From Spirochaetia bacterium (GTDB lineage: Bacteria > Spirochaetota > Spirochaetia > DSM-16054 > Sediminispirochaetaceae), in assembly GCA_034520965.1 (NCBI GenBank), contig JAXHMY010000001.1, positions 288,001 to 352,000 of the forward strand: DNA of 64,000 nt, in the 5' to 3' direction. Positions within the stretch are counted from its first letter, which is position 1; every line of letters starts with the position of its first letter. The position numbers and the translations under genes were made by a program. The notes beneath the pieces were generated by a model. That model saw only the letters and a program-made list of their open reading frames with translations, was not told the DNA's origin and ran no database searches. Positions 1-10,434 of the stretch are shown here, in pieces.

Positions 1-67
1 AAATAGATTATATTCGCCTTATACCCAATAAACAGGAGTAATATACTAGCTACTATATAGGTGCATT

Positions 68-169
68 ATGTCAAAAAAGATTCTCCTTGTCGAAGACGAA
101 GCCCTCATTGCTATGAATGAGGCTCAAATGCTCAAAAAGCGTGGGTTTGAGGTGGTAAGCGTTTATTGA
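68..169 (+). pseudogene. Truncated response-regulator receiver (REC) N-terminus, 33 aa
   Basis: Hand translation MSKKILLVEDEALIAMNEAQMLKKRGFEVVSVY*; ILLVEDE is the classic REC beta1 motif; stops before the phospho-acceptor Asp. Confidence 0.7.
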
Positions 170-230
170 CGATACTATTATTTCAGCGAATCCTGCGACA
201 GAGGGAAGAATAAGAAGAGCTCTCTACTTA

Positions 231-1205
231 TTACTGATTCCTCTTATGTTCTTCCAATTGTTTGACATAAGCTTTTACATGCTCCCATTCGTCAAATACA
301 AAACGAATATCTTGATAACTGAGTTTTGCCTGTTGAATAACACTCTTTATGATTTCAGAGGCAAATTTGTAAGCTTCACTGCCTTCTTCCATTTCCTGAA
401 TTTCAACAAAACTGTGCATTAAAGTGTAAGCTCCGTTGGAACTCATAGTAACCTGCTCAAATTCAGAATAATCAGCAAGTCCGTACTCAACCGCAAGCTC
501 ATCTAATGCAGCTTCCTGACCGGCCTCAGGGTTTTCTATATCCGACTCTTCCAAATTGACCATTGCTTCAAAAAAGCGCATTACCCGGCTAAGTGTATCA
601 CCATCCAGAACGACCTCTTGTGAGAGAGAGTCCTCGAAAAGCATGACTCCCTCTTCCGGAAAGGCCTCCGGAACAATATGCGCGGCTTTTTCTTTCTGCA
701 CGGGAAGTTCAAGACCAGCCTCGCGTTCATTGATTTTGATATAGGTAATTAAGTCTTCGGCAACTTCGTCACTCCAGTTTTCCGCCGGTGCTTGAACAGT
801 AATATGAATTTGATCTATTCCGTTCCAGATTAACCATGTACGGGCTATCATCTCTTGATTTGTCTGATATTTGTGCTTATTAGTCAGCGCGGGAAGCCCG
901 TCGACTTCAGTTTCTTTATTCTTGTCAAGAATTTCCGCATGACCATATTCCATGATCTTGTAGAATTCACTGTCGTTCACAATCCTAATGTAGAGACGAA
1001 TATCCCCTTCCGCCAGGATTCTTGCACCCTCAACTCTGTATTGATCAGGCACATCCGCCGTAACCAGCCCGCCTTTTACGCTGAATGTTCCACTTTCTTT
1101 CGGATCCTGTTTTTCTTCTGCTTGCTCTGTCTTGTCGTTGCCTCCGCAGGACTGAGCAAAAACAATAAATAAGCCGACCAATAACCACACTGCTATTTGT
1201 TTCAT
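231..1205 (-). CDS. Putative lipoprotein, unknown function
   Basis: 324 aa ORF; hydrophobic signal ending FAQS-C (lipobox-like); acidic mature part. Confidence 0.7.
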   Translation of the reverse strand: MKQIAVWLLVGLFIVFAQSCGGNDKTEQAEEKQDPKESGTFSVKGGLVTADVPDQYRVEGARILAEGDIRLYIRIVNDSEFYKIMEYGHAEILDKNKETEVDGLPALTNKHKYQTNQEMIARTWLIWNGIDQIHITVQAPAENWSDEVAEDLITYIKINEREAGLELPVQKEKAAHIVPEAFPEEGVMLFEDSLSQEVVLDGDTLSRVMRFFEAMVNLEESDIENPEAGQEAALDELAVEYGLADYSEFEQVTMSSNGAYTLMHSFVEIQEMEEGSEAYKFASEIIKSVIQQAKLSYQDIRFVFDEWEHVKAYVKQLEEHKRNQ

Positions 1206-1211
1206 AATGTA

Positions 1212-1240
1212 ATAATAGAATGGGTTTTACGCGGAGTCAA
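1212..1240 (-). promoter_or_regulatory. Sigma70-type promoter, probably leaderless
   Basis: TTGACT-N17-TATTAT, 6 nt before ATG 1205, no SD. Confidence 0.55.
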
Positions 1241-1321
1241 TAAAATAATTACCCTAGTTCTGCAGCCCCCAGGGTCAGCCGCATGGCCTCTAGGGTTTTC
1301 TCCATTCCCGCGGCCGGTGAT

Positions 1322-2617
1322 TTAATCAGAAATTTGGGCCGGTTCGGCTTCATCGTCACCTGGAAACTGGAGCTGCAAGGCAAACACCAGCCCCACCGCC
1401 AGCAACAGGGCCATAGCCGCAAACAGTATCCGGTAGCTGTCCGCCCCCAGTGTAACCGCCCGGTCCAGGAAAAACCCGGCGGCCAGGGGCAGCCCGCTGC
1501 TCAGGGGCATCTCCACCAGTGCTATCAGGGCAAAATGGGCGGTGGTATCGTGGGTGCGGGCCAGCGCCTTCACCGCCGGCGGATAAATCAGCATCCGCAG
1601 CGAGCGCGAAGCACCCAGCAACGCGGCACAGCTTAAAAAAGCCGCTGTTCCACCTCCCGGAATCAGTCCGAGCACGCCTATAATCGCCAGCAACTTAGAG
1701 GTTACAAACTTATTCCGCAGAGACAGCAGATTAAGCCAGCCGAACAGCACCTGGCTGACAATACCGCCGGCGTAGCTGACGGCCACAAAGGCTCCGGCTA
1801 CCAACTCCTCCGGCACTCCGGCATAGTCACGGGCATAATTGCCGTAGAAGGACAGCACCACCACCAGGGCAAAGTAACTAAAATCACTGCCTATAAAAAT
1901 CCGGAAACTTCTCGAACCCAATATGGCACGGAGGCTGCGCATAAAGCTCACCGGCCCCGAAAAGAGCGGCGGGGCTTTGGCCGGGTCGTACTGCTCGCGG
2001 GTAATATAAAACAGGGACGCCCCGGTAAACAGAATTACCCCACCAAAGGTAAACACGAGGGCTGCGCCGTGAATCGAGAGGGCATAGCGGGCCACTGTCC
2101 GGTAGATAACAAAGCTACCAATGAGTTTAGCAATACTCTGCACGATGTACATCACCGACAGGGCTCGCAGACTGTCCCGGCGCGAAAACAGCGACACCAG
2201 ATAACTCTGCCAGGCCGGCAGGGTAAATCCGATTCCGATCGAAAACAGTAGATACACCCCGATAAACAGCTGCAGCACCCCCGTCTCGGGGCGGAACACG
2301 AGCAAAAACAGGCCAAACAGGGCTATCGGCAGCGCCGCTGACATATGATACAGCATCACACTGCGACGCTTGCTCTTCAAACCGGCCGACACATAGGCCG
2401 ACACCAGCGAAAACACCGGAATCGAAAGACCCAGAAAAACCGGCAGCAGTCCGATCAGAAAATAGGATGCCCCCAAGCTGCGCAGGAAGAGCTGCAGAAA
2501 GGTCGATTCAATCAGTACCGGCATCCCCATCCCCCAGAAAAACTCAACCGAGGAAATACCGGCGGTATTCTGCAAAAAATGGGGGCTTTCAGTTTTTATA
2601 ATTCGACTTTTTCTCAT
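1322..2617 (-). CDS. MFS transporter
   Basis: 431 aa, about 12 hydrophobic segments in two halves. Confidence 0.8.
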   Translation of the reverse strand: MRKSRIIKTESPHFLQNTAGISSVEFFWGMGMPVLIESTFLQLFLRSLGASYFLIGLLPVFLGLSIPVFSLVSAYVSAGLKSKRRSVMLYHMSAALPIALFGLFLLVFRPETGVLQLFIGVYLLFSIGIGFTLPAWQSYLVSLFSRRDSLRALSVMYIVQSIAKLIGSFVIYRTVARYALSIHGAALVFTFGGVILFTGASLFYITREQYDPAKAPPLFSGPVSFMRSLRAILGSRSFRIFIGSDFSYFALVVVLSFYGNYARDYAGVPEELVAGAFVAVSYAGGIVSQVLFGWLNLLSLRNKFVTSKLLAIIGVLGLIPGGGTAAFLSCAALLGASRSLRMLIYPPAVKALARTHDTTAHFALIALVEMPLSSGLPLAAGFFLDRAVTLGADSYRILFAAMALLLAVGLVFALQLQFPGDDEAEPAQISD

Positions 2618-2647
2618 CGATCCTTCCGGGTCCTTGGCAACGACTGA

Positions 2648-3352
2648 TTAATTCAGCGGCAGCACTACGAAAAACATAAACAAATAGTGCAGCACCGCTC
2701 CGGTCAGTACGAACAGGTGCCAGATTTCATGAAAACCGAATTTGCCCGGTACCGGGTTGGGGCGCTCGAAGTAAAAGATCATCGCGCCAACAGTATACAC
2801 CACCCCTCCGGCCAGAATCAGAGCAAAACCGCCCCAGCCGATAACCGGAATCGAGCGTACGATCAGAATTGCACCAACCCATCCAATTCCGATGTAGAAG
2901 GTATTTGAAACCCAACGCGGAAGCTCGGGGTATATGGATTTAATAGTAATTCCAATGGCCGTCAATACCCACACCACTCCGAACAGGGTCCATCCCCATT
3001 TGTTCCGCTGCACCACCAGGCAGAGCGGCGTATAGGTCCCCGCAATCAGCAGATAAATGGCAATATAGTCAAACAGACGAAACACGTCGTTCAGCCGTTT
3101 GGACAAGTTTACCCCGTGATGCAGGCTGCTGGCCACAAACAGCGAAATAAGGCTAAGCCCATACACCGCAAATGAAACCACATGCCACACCCTTCCTTCT
3201 CCAGCCGCAGAGACAATCAGCAAGACGGTTCCGAACAGGGCAAAAAAACCGCCCACCATATGGGTGGCCGTATTTATTATTTCGTCGGTAACGTGAACAC
3301 TCCCGTCCTTACTATAGGCCGAAAGGTCCCGGGTATTATCCTTTTCTTTCAT
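2648..3352 (-). CDS. Hemolysin III / PAQR family membrane protein
   Basis: Motifs EIINTATH, SSLHH, DYIAIYLLIAGTYTP, HEIWHLFV. Confidence 0.92.
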   Translation of the reverse strand: MKEKDNTRDLSAYSKDGSVHVTDEIINTATHMVGGFFALFGTVLLIVSAAGEGRVWHVVSFAVYGLSLISLFVASSLHHGVNLSKRLNDVFRLFDYIAIYLLIAGTYTPLCLVVQRNKWGWTLFGVVWVLTAIGITIKSIYPELPRWVSNTFYIGIGWVGAILIVRSIPVIGWGGFALILAGGVVYTVGAMIFYFERPNPVPGKFGFHEIWHLFVLTGAVLHYLFMFFVVLPLN

Positions 3353-3392
3353 GCAGTGATGGTACCCAATCTAAAGTGTTTAAGCAATGCAC

Positions 3393-4610
3393 TTATCTAT
3401 GGGGAACGGGTTTCGAACCTTCCCATACCACTTTACGAAAATTAATCGGATCGGTGTTTCCTTCAGAGTTTATGAGTAAGACCTTCGATTTCTCATCCAG
3501 CTGCAATTTTTCTTTTAATTCCGACAAGTCGGGATCATGCATAATATGCTTCAGCGTCGAGAGGGTAACCGCCCCGGATTCCCCTGAGACAACAAAGGGG
3601 TCTCCCTTCAGCGGAACAGCATACATCCGCATCCCTTCAGCAGCCAGATAATCCGGAACTGAAATAAAACAATCCGCCGCTTCGGTAAGCACGCTCCACG
3701 CTATGGGACTGGGGTCGCCACATGCAAGACCGGCCATTATTGTATCAAGCTCGCCGGGGAAGTTATGGGGCTGTCCATCACCGGACTTAATACTGCTGTA
3801 CAAACAGGCGGCTTTCTCCGGTTCGACCACCACACAGGTGGGCGAGTGTTCTTCTAACAAGCTGCGGTAATGACCCAGTATTGAGGCCGCCAAGGCGCCC
3901 ACACCAGCTTGCACAAACACATGGGTGGGCCATAAAATGCCCTGAGCAGAGAACTGCTCCTGAATCTCTGACACAATGGTTGTATACCCCTGCATAATCC
4001 AGGTTGGAATCTCCTGATACCCCGGCCAGGATGTATCAGAGATAATCTCCCAGCCCTTCGCTTCCGCATCGATCGAAATTTGATTCACCGCATCATCATA
4101 ATTTCCATTCACCACTTTCACCGTGGCACCGTAACTGCGGATAGCATCGATGCGCGGCTGGGAGGTAGTTTTGTGTACGTAAACCACCGATTTATGCCCC
4201 AATTTACTCGCGGCCCAGGCCACACCTCGCCCATGATTTCCATCGGTGGCAGTGGCGAAAGTAATATCCCCGGTTTTCTCTTTTACTTGTGGAGAAATCA
4301 GCTCTTCATAAGTAAAGTCTTTTTCAACGCCCAAACGCTTTTTCAGAAACCGGTAGATGGCATACGACCCGCCCAGCACCTTGAAAGAGTTCAAGTTAAG
4401 ACGAACAGACTCGTCCTTGACCCAGAGCCCTCTTACTCCGACATACTTAGCCATCTGGTTTAGACTTTTTAGCGGGGTTATCTCAAACCCCGGAATCTCA
4501 TCATGAAATTCCCTGCTGTGCCTGCTTATCCCTTTAGGAAAAAGTTCTCGGCACTTATCAAATTTATTGTAATTGGGGTGATTGTTCTCAGTCCATTCTA
4601 TTTTATCCAT
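3393..4610 (-). CDS. dpaL: Diaminopropionate ammonia-lyase (PLP)
   Basis: KDESVRLNLNSFKVLGGSYA, ATDGNHGRGVAW, QAGVGA, TIMAGLACG, SGESGA. Confidence 0.9.
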   Translation of the reverse strand: MDKIEWTENNHPNYNKFDKCRELFPKGISRHSREFHDEIPGFEITPLKSLNQMAKYVGVRGLWVKDESVRLNLNSFKVLGGSYAIYRFLKKRLGVEKDFTYEELISPQVKEKTGDITFATATDGNHGRGVAWAASKLGHKSVVYVHKTTSQPRIDAIRSYGATVKVVNGNYDDAVNQISIDAEAKGWEIISDTSWPGYQEIPTWIMQGYTTIVSEIQEQFSAQGILWPTHVFVQAGVGALAASILGHYRSLLEEHSPTCVVVEPEKAACLYSSIKSGDGQPHNFPGELDTIMAGLACGDPSPIAWSVLTEAADCFISVPDYLAAEGMRMYAVPLKGDPFVVSGESGAVTLSTLKHIMHDPDLSELKEKLQLDEKSKVLLINSEGNTDPINFRKVVWEGSKPVPHR

Positions 4611-4727
4611 ACATTCTCCTATTTCTTACACCCACATCTTAACATGTTTCAGCCGATGCTTAATAGTGGAATATGAAGACACACAAGCCCGGCTTGCGCA
4701 TCCGACCTTTATCTCCGATTATAGAAG

Positions 4728-5522
4728 ATGGAGGTTGCTATGAAACTACACAGGTTTTTTCTTTTTAAGAACATGACAATTTTTAGTATAACGGTGCTGT
4801 TCTTCTGCGCGCCGGCGGTGTTGTGTGCACTCCCGCCGGTCTCTTTCTGGCTTGATGCAGAAACCGGCGCTGCCTTTACCGGCTACAACGATGTGCAAAT
4901 ACCCGCTGACACGGGCACCCGTTTCTCGCTGGCCGACGATCTGGAACCCGACCCGGTGTGGTTCTACCGCCTCCAGGCCGGTGCAGATATCGGACGTCAT
5001 TCGGCCTTTGTGCTGTACGCCCCGCTGCTGGTAGAAAGCACCGGCACCTCCTCAGAGAGCATCGTTTTTAACGGAGAGTCCTTCACTGCCGATGAAAACC
5101 TCACGGGCACCTTCAAGTTCAACAGCTACCGCTTCACCTATGCCTACAGCTTTGTACAGCAGCCGCAGTTTCTGCTGGCCGCAGGGATCACTGGTAAAAT
5201 CAGGGACGCCTACATTAAATTGGAGGAGAACGAGAGCGGTAAAAGTAAAAAGCGAACCGACCTTGGTGTGGTGCCCCTGATTCACCTGAAGGTGCAATGG
5301 TTTATTAGCCCGCAATTTTCCCTTCTGCTGGAGGGGGACGGACTTGCGGTGCCCCAGGGCCGGGCCGAAGATTTTCTGCTGGCCGGTGTGTATGCACCCC
5401 GCCCGGATATGGAGCTGCGCCTCGGCTACCGCATTCTGGAGGGCGGTTCCGACGGCGGAGGATCGGTGTACACCTTTAGTATGTTCCATTATGCTACAAT
5501 GGGGATACGCTGGAAATTCTAG
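4728..5522 (+). CDS. Putative outer-membrane beta-barrel protein
   Basis: Signal peptide, alternating amphipathic strands, C-terminal aromatic (IRWKF); start could be 4740. Confidence 0.6.
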   Translation: MEVAMKLHRFFLFKNMTIFSITVLFFCAPAVLCALPPVSFWLDAETGAAFTGYNDVQIPADTGTRFSLADDLEPDPVWFYRLQAGADIGRHSAFVLYAPLLVESTGTSSESIVFNGESFTADENLTGTFKFNSYRFTYAYSFVQQPQFLLAAGITGKIRDAYIKLEENESGKSKKRTDLGVVPLIHLKVQWFISPQFSLLLEGDGLAVPQGRAEDFLLAGVYAPRPDMELRLGYRILEGGSDGGGSVYTFSMFHYATMGIRWKF

Positions 5523-5537
5523 TTTGTAGGAAGAAAC

Positions 5538-7016
5538 ATGCAGAATCTATCTGATTTTAACGATGATACTCCAAAGGCCGAACTGTATCAGTTCCTGTCC
5601 GAAGCGATCATGCATAATCACATATCAGATTTCTCCTCCCTGCTTTCATTTTCCCGGGGCATCCCGATCAATGCAAAGACCCGACCGGTATTTGAAAGCC
5701 TGTTTATCCTTATCCGTAAACTCTACTGGGGGTTTTTCCGGGACGTGGATAAAATTGTCTACCCGAAGGTCTGGAAGGAAACCGTACTGCCCAGCGAGGG
5801 CTTTCCCCACTGCGGCGACCTTAAAAGGAATTTAACTATAGCAAATATTTATGTGGGCATCCTCGATTTGCACGGATATACCGCTTTCTGTGATGCCCAC
5901 AAAAACAACCTTTCCATGTTAAAGGCCCTGGACGAACTTATCCAGGTAGAACTAATGAAGCTGGCCCGTATGCGGGACGTTGTGCTGCAGCGGCAGCACG
6001 GAGATGAGATAATTTTAGTGGGAACCAAGGCCAGGGATGTAATCGAGCTTAGCCTGGATATTATAGATGTCTTTGCGAAGAAGAAGGGGAATCCCAGCAA
6101 GCTCAAGAGTTTTTTGCCGGATATGCATGTCTCCGCCGGTATAGCCGGGGGAAACAAATTTACTCCCTTCATCATAACCCTCGACGGAGACCTCTCGGGA
6201 GGAGTGGTGAATACCGCCGCACGGCTCCAATCACGGGCGAACGAGCTCTCTGAAAACCGTTCTCGTATTCTTATTCGCAGGACTACGTATCACAACTATC
6301 TATCGGAGACTACGCACATTCCTGCCGTCGATCTGCGGGACCCGCCCATACATTTTATCGACTCCGGTAATATCCGCTTCAAGGGTGTCGAGGTTGCTGT
6401 GTCCGAAGTGTTGTTTGAGGAGAGGGACAGCTATAGAGTTAAAATTGAAAAAGATCTACAGGGTCTGATGAAAGCAATTGAGAACAGATCGTGGAAGGAG
6501 GGAGTCTTTGAACAACTGCTTATGCTGCTCATACGTTTCTATAAGTTCATGCCTCCCTTTCAAATCGAAACACCCAGTAAAGGCATTATAAGCCGACTGC
6601 ACAACGAGGATCTTATCGATATGGCCAAAAAAATACTGAGGTATTTTAAGGAGGACCAAAACTACCTGGATGCCTTCGCAGAGCTTGACTTGTTGATTGC
6701 ATATTCTCAATCTATTCGGGGCTTCGACCCTCTTATCCTCGAGTATGCCGAACAGATTCTGGAACGATACAGATCAATCATTTCCGATTACGAGGGTCGG
6801 CTTGAATTGCGAATACAAGAACTCGCCGATTCCACCCTCTCTGTAAAAGCACGGCAGATGTATAAGGAAAGCCAAAAAGCACTTTTTCTTCAGGAACGAC
6901 TAAAACTGGAAATCCGAAAGCACATCTCCGACCATGAGATCTCGAAAATGTGGAGAGCCGCGGTAGAGGTTAATTATAACGCTCCGGAATTCAGTATACG
7001 CTCCGGAAAGCAGTAG
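5538..7016 (+). CDS. Class III adenylate/guanylate cyclase-domain protein
   Basis: ILDLHGYT, HGDEI, GDLSGGVVNTAARLQ, FKGV motifs; extra helical N- and C-terminal regions. Confidence 0.75.
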   Translation: MQNLSDFNDDTPKAELYQFLSEAIMHNHISDFSSLLSFSRGIPINAKTRPVFESLFILIRKLYWGFFRDVDKIVYPKVWKETVLPSEGFPHCGDLKRNLTIANIYVGILDLHGYTAFCDAHKNNLSMLKALDELIQVELMKLARMRDVVLQRQHGDEIILVGTKARDVIELSLDIIDVFAKKKGNPSKLKSFLPDMHVSAGIAGGNKFTPFIITLDGDLSGGVVNTAARLQSRANELSENRSRILIRRTTYHNYLSETTHIPAVDLRDPPIHFIDSGNIRFKGVEVAVSEVLFEERDSYRVKIEKDLQGLMKAIENRSWKEGVFEQLLMLLIRFYKFMPPFQIETPSKGIISRLHNEDLIDMAKKILRYFKEDQNYLDAFAELDLLIAYSQSIRGFDPLILEYAEQILERYRSIISDYEGRLELRIQELADSTLSVKARQMYKESQKALFLQERLKLEIRKHISDHEISKMWRAAVEVNYNAPEFSIRSGKQ

Positions 7017-7034
7017 GCGATTCCCTTGAGTCGG

Positions 7035-7601
7035 CTATCCCGATTCTAAGGGTCCCCGATACAGGGACAGCAGTTCAATCCGGCTATGGCAGCCGGTTTT
7101 TTTATAGATATTCTGCGTATGAAGCTTTGCGGTTCCCGGGCTGATGAAGAGCTTTTCGCCTATCTCCTGTATCCTCTTTCCCCGCAGCAGGAGAAACAAA
7201 ATCTCCTCTTCACGCTCCGAGAGGCCGTACTTTGTAGCGAAATCCCCCTGTGTTTTTTCACGGGATACTACCTGGGTTTGATCGGCGGTATCGGCCTGGC
7301 GACGGTACCGGAGGGTAAACTCATATCCGCCAACCTGAAGAGTATCGTTATGGTGCACCGGAACTCGTTCTTCTATCCGGCTTCCGTTGAGGTAGGTTCC
7401 GTTTCTGGAACCGGAATCTTCAATGTACAGGTCGCTCCCTGCAATATGCAGGCGGACGTGCCGCCGTGAAACCCCGGCGGTTGAGAGGATGAGGTCACTA
7501 TCCGTGTCCCGGCCGATTGTAAAACTGTTTTTGTAGATGGGGACTATCCAGGGGGAATTATCCGGAAAATACCCCTGAAGATACCATTCGCTTTTATTCA
7601 T
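7035..7601 (-). CDS. FHA domain + LuxR-type HTH transcription regulator
   Basis: IGR...VSRRH...DSGSRNGTYLNG (FHA); LSEREEEIL...IGEKLFISPGTAKLHTQNIYKK (LuxR). Confidence 0.9.
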   Translation of the reverse strand: MNKSEWYLQGYFPDNSPWIVPIYKNSFTIGRDTDSDLILSTAGVSRRHVRLHIAGSDLYIEDSGSRNGTYLNGSRIEERVPVHHNDTLQVGGYEFTLRYRRQADTADQTQVVSREKTQGDFATKYGLSEREEEILFLLLRGKRIQEIGEKLFISPGTAKLHTQNIYKKTGCHSRIELLSLYRGPLESG

Positions 7602-7679
7602 ACTAAACGATTATACCAAACGGCATATACGCTTTTCCAGCTCCAGGGGCTATGTTTGCAGCATAGGGAGGATAAAATT

Positions 7680-8201
7680 ATGGAAATGAACACACAAATT
7701 CCTGAGAACGTGCTAAAACACCTGCGCTACGTTGCGAAATCTTTTGGGTTAGGTCAGGATGACGAGACTATTCAAATGCTGGCCGACAGCTGGGCGGAAA
7801 AACTGAATACCTTCGAGAGCAAAATGACAGAGCTGGGAATGGACGAGGTAGGCCTTTTCGAAACCGAGGACCAGCGTGGAGCTCTGGCTCTTACTTACTC
7901 GGGCTCGCTATTAGCCATCAGCCCGCTGAGCGATGGAGGCAGAAAAATCGATTATACGAGTATCGGCCTGCGAAAGGATGTGCCCGAGAGCATCACCGAC
8001 GAGAATTGCCTACTGAAAGAGGACATGGAAGTTGAAAAAAACGTCGAATTCATAGGTGGATCCATCAAACGTACTTCTCCAATTTACAAAATCGTCGCCG
8101 CGCCGCTTTCTCTAAACGAGGATGAACAGGAAGAGCTGATTGACGAGGCAAAAACTATGATCATTGATACCTTTGTAGATATGAATCAGGAACTTTACTA
8201 A
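7680..8201 (+). CDS. Hypothetical acidic protein
   Basis: ORF with SD GGAGG before ATG 7680. Confidence 0.7.
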   Translation: MEMNTQIPENVLKHLRYVAKSFGLGQDDETIQMLADSWAEKLNTFESKMTELGMDEVGLFETEDQRGALALTYSGSLLAISPLSDGGRKIDYTSIGLRKDVPESITDENCLLKEDMEVEKNVEFIGGSIKRTSPIYKIVAAPLSLNEDEQEELIDEAKTMIIDTFVDMNQELY

Positions 8202-8268
8202 GCCTTCTGGTTTCCTCATGTGCGATAGGCTCCGGGTAGCGGACTTACTCCCTCTGCCCGGGGCCGCT

Positions 8269-9740
8269 TTATTTATAGGCCAGCACGGTCTCTTTCAGGT
8301 GGTTCCCGTAATTCACCAGGCTGCGGATGATCAACTTTTCCCGGGGGCCGAGTTCGGTGCTGCTGATAAGAGTGTCCAGTTTCTTCTCGAAGGTGCCGAA
8401 ATCGTCGATCTTATTACCCGGTGGAAATAGCAGACGGGTGGCACAGAAGTTCTTCCATTTCAAACGCTCACGCTCGCTGAAAAGAGAGGGATAATTCCGG
8501 CCAATCATACGATGCAGCAGTTTTTCCGCCCGTTGATCTGTAAATTGGCTGGAAAAGTTGCGCCAGCTTTCAATCCCCTGTTCATGGAGCTGCGAGAACA
8601 GGGCCTTGTCTTCATCCATGAAAAATCCGCCGGTATAGATAGCCATATCAACATCCGGTGCTTCCGGCAGCCCGCCCTCATGATCAAACACCGCCCTCAC
8701 CTTCTCCGTCAGATTAGGCGCAGACTGCAGCAGACGCTGCCGCTCCTGAATAAGTTCGAGGTCCAGTCCAAGCCGGCGGGCAGCTTCATCGTCCAGGGTT
8801 TTCAGTGGAGCTACTACCGGAGCTTTGTTGATCTGCAGGGGCGTTAAAGGAATCCGCTCGTCCTCAAGCTCCTCCTTTGGGGTGAACACCCGGTCGCGCA
8901 GTTTTTCAACCGGCAGTTCCAACAGCGGCCGGGGATCAAAACGCAAATCAAAAGTTATGACTGAGTTCCGGTTTTTCGGATCAACCGCCAGGGGTGCAAC
9001 TACCGTAGTACAGCCCTCGGGCCGGGTGAACATGGCGGAGGTATATAAAATCGGAGCTCGGCTCTGCAGGTCTATCAGTTTGGACACATCCTCTTTTCTG
9101 CGGTGGTGAAACAGAAATTGAAACAACCGCGGCTGGACATCGTGCAACAGCTTTGCTAAACCGATCGTCGCTTCCACATCGCTCAGGGCATCATGGGCGT
9201 GTTGATGGACAATTCCGTTGGCCCCGCTTAAATCTTCCAGTTTGAAAGACGGCCGGCCGTCTTCCTGATTCGGCCATTCGATTCCCTCCGGCCGCAGGTC
9301 CTTGGCAGCCCGCATCACGTTAATTAAATCCCAGCGGCTGTTCCGGTTAGCATACTCGCACGCACATACGGGTCCAGCAGATTCCGGTAAAATATGCTCC
9401 GCATAAACTCATCGTCAAAGCGGATGTTGTTATACCCAACCACACAGGTGCCGGGTTGCATCCACTCCTGGTATATTCGCATTGCAACCTCATACTCCGG
9501 CCGCCCCTTCTCTATTGTTTCATGGGGTGTAATTCCCGTTATCAGGCTGGCCTGGGGGCTGGGCACATAGTCCGGCGCTATCTGAACATATTCAATAATC
9601 GGATCGCCTATCGGCTCAAAGTCGCCGTTTGTACGAATTCCGGCAAACTGAGCTAAGCGATCGAGTTGGGGATGCCGTCCAAATGTTTCAATGTCATACC
9701 AAAAAAGTGTTGCTGCCATAGGGTCCCTCTTCTTCACCAT
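8269..9740 (-). CDS. sbcB: Exodeoxyribonuclease I, split by a 2-nt frameshift near 9357 (likely error)
   Basis: WYDIETFG, QFAGIRT, GYNNIRFDDE, HAHDALSDVEAT; removing GC from CGTGCGAG restores REYANRNSRWDLINVMR. Confidence 0.88.
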
Positions 9741-9885
9741 TGTAGCGAAAACGACTCTTTATCACTACCCACACCAGCGCGCCTAAATCTGATAAATAGG
9801 GCGCAATTTATAAATGGTGTGCAAGTACTTATGCGAAGCTTCACTCAGCGGCTCTCCGAGGAAATCATCATATAGCTGGATAATC

Positions 9886-10164
9886 TCAATACTCCTCGTG
9901 CTGTTGTATTTTCAGCAGTATTGCATTGAAATCCATATACAGACCGGCCGCCTTGCACTGCAGCTCTTCATAAGCTTCCAGCAAATCGCTCTTAGCTATT
10001 CCGTATTTCAGATTCACCCCATCGGTGTAGGGTTTGTACGTCTTCCATCCGCGCTGTTGTAGTTCTCGTTTATAGGTGCTTATCAATTCAGGCAGATGGG
10101 ATGAATACTTCTCAAGGATTGGTATATCAATTATCGCCGCTGAAAGGTCGTCAATGTGATCCAT
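9886..10164 (-). CDS. Hypothetical protein
   Basis: SD GAGGAG 6 nt before ATG 10164; 92 aa. Confidence 0.55.
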   Translation of the reverse strand: MDHIDDLSAAIIDIPILEKYSSHLPELISTYKRELQQRGWKTYKPYTDGVNLKYGIAKSDLLEAYEELQCKAAGLYMDFNAILLKIQQHEEY

Positions 10165-10357
10165 AATACGCTCCTCTTGATATCTATAAAATTGCCTATA
10201 TTCTTTAAGATTTATAATCAATTTTATGTATAGGTCAATTTTCTTAATATTTTTTGCGTTTTAACGCAATTTCACTGTTAATATATCAGAAGATTATGAG
10301 TTTGTGTAATACTTTTTAACAAATTTTAATATTTTTTGTTATTTTTATGCTGGTTTT

Positions 10358-10389
10358 AAAAAATGTGAGCTCTTCAAAAAGCTTCACAT
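10358..10389 (-). terminator. Probable intrinsic terminator after antiporter
   Basis: Minus strand ATGTGAAGCT...AGCTCACAT followed by a T run. Confidence 0.45.
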
Positions 10390-10434
10390 CCTGGGACCAA
10401 TCAATTGATCTTTATCGGCTGACCGCTGAAAAGG

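Noticed and set aside
3..41. Possible 3' end of an upstream CDS (IDYIRLIPNKQE*)
   Set aside because: Only 12 codons visible; cannot be supported
5538..7601. Cyclase as a Pycsar/CBASS anti-phage system
   Set aside because: No adjacent cNMP-binding TM or TIR effector and no defence-island context
10165..10434. AT-rich intergenic tract with short palindromes (TTGCGTTTTAACGCAA)
   Set aside because: No terminal repeats or target duplication; consistent with a promoter plus terminator
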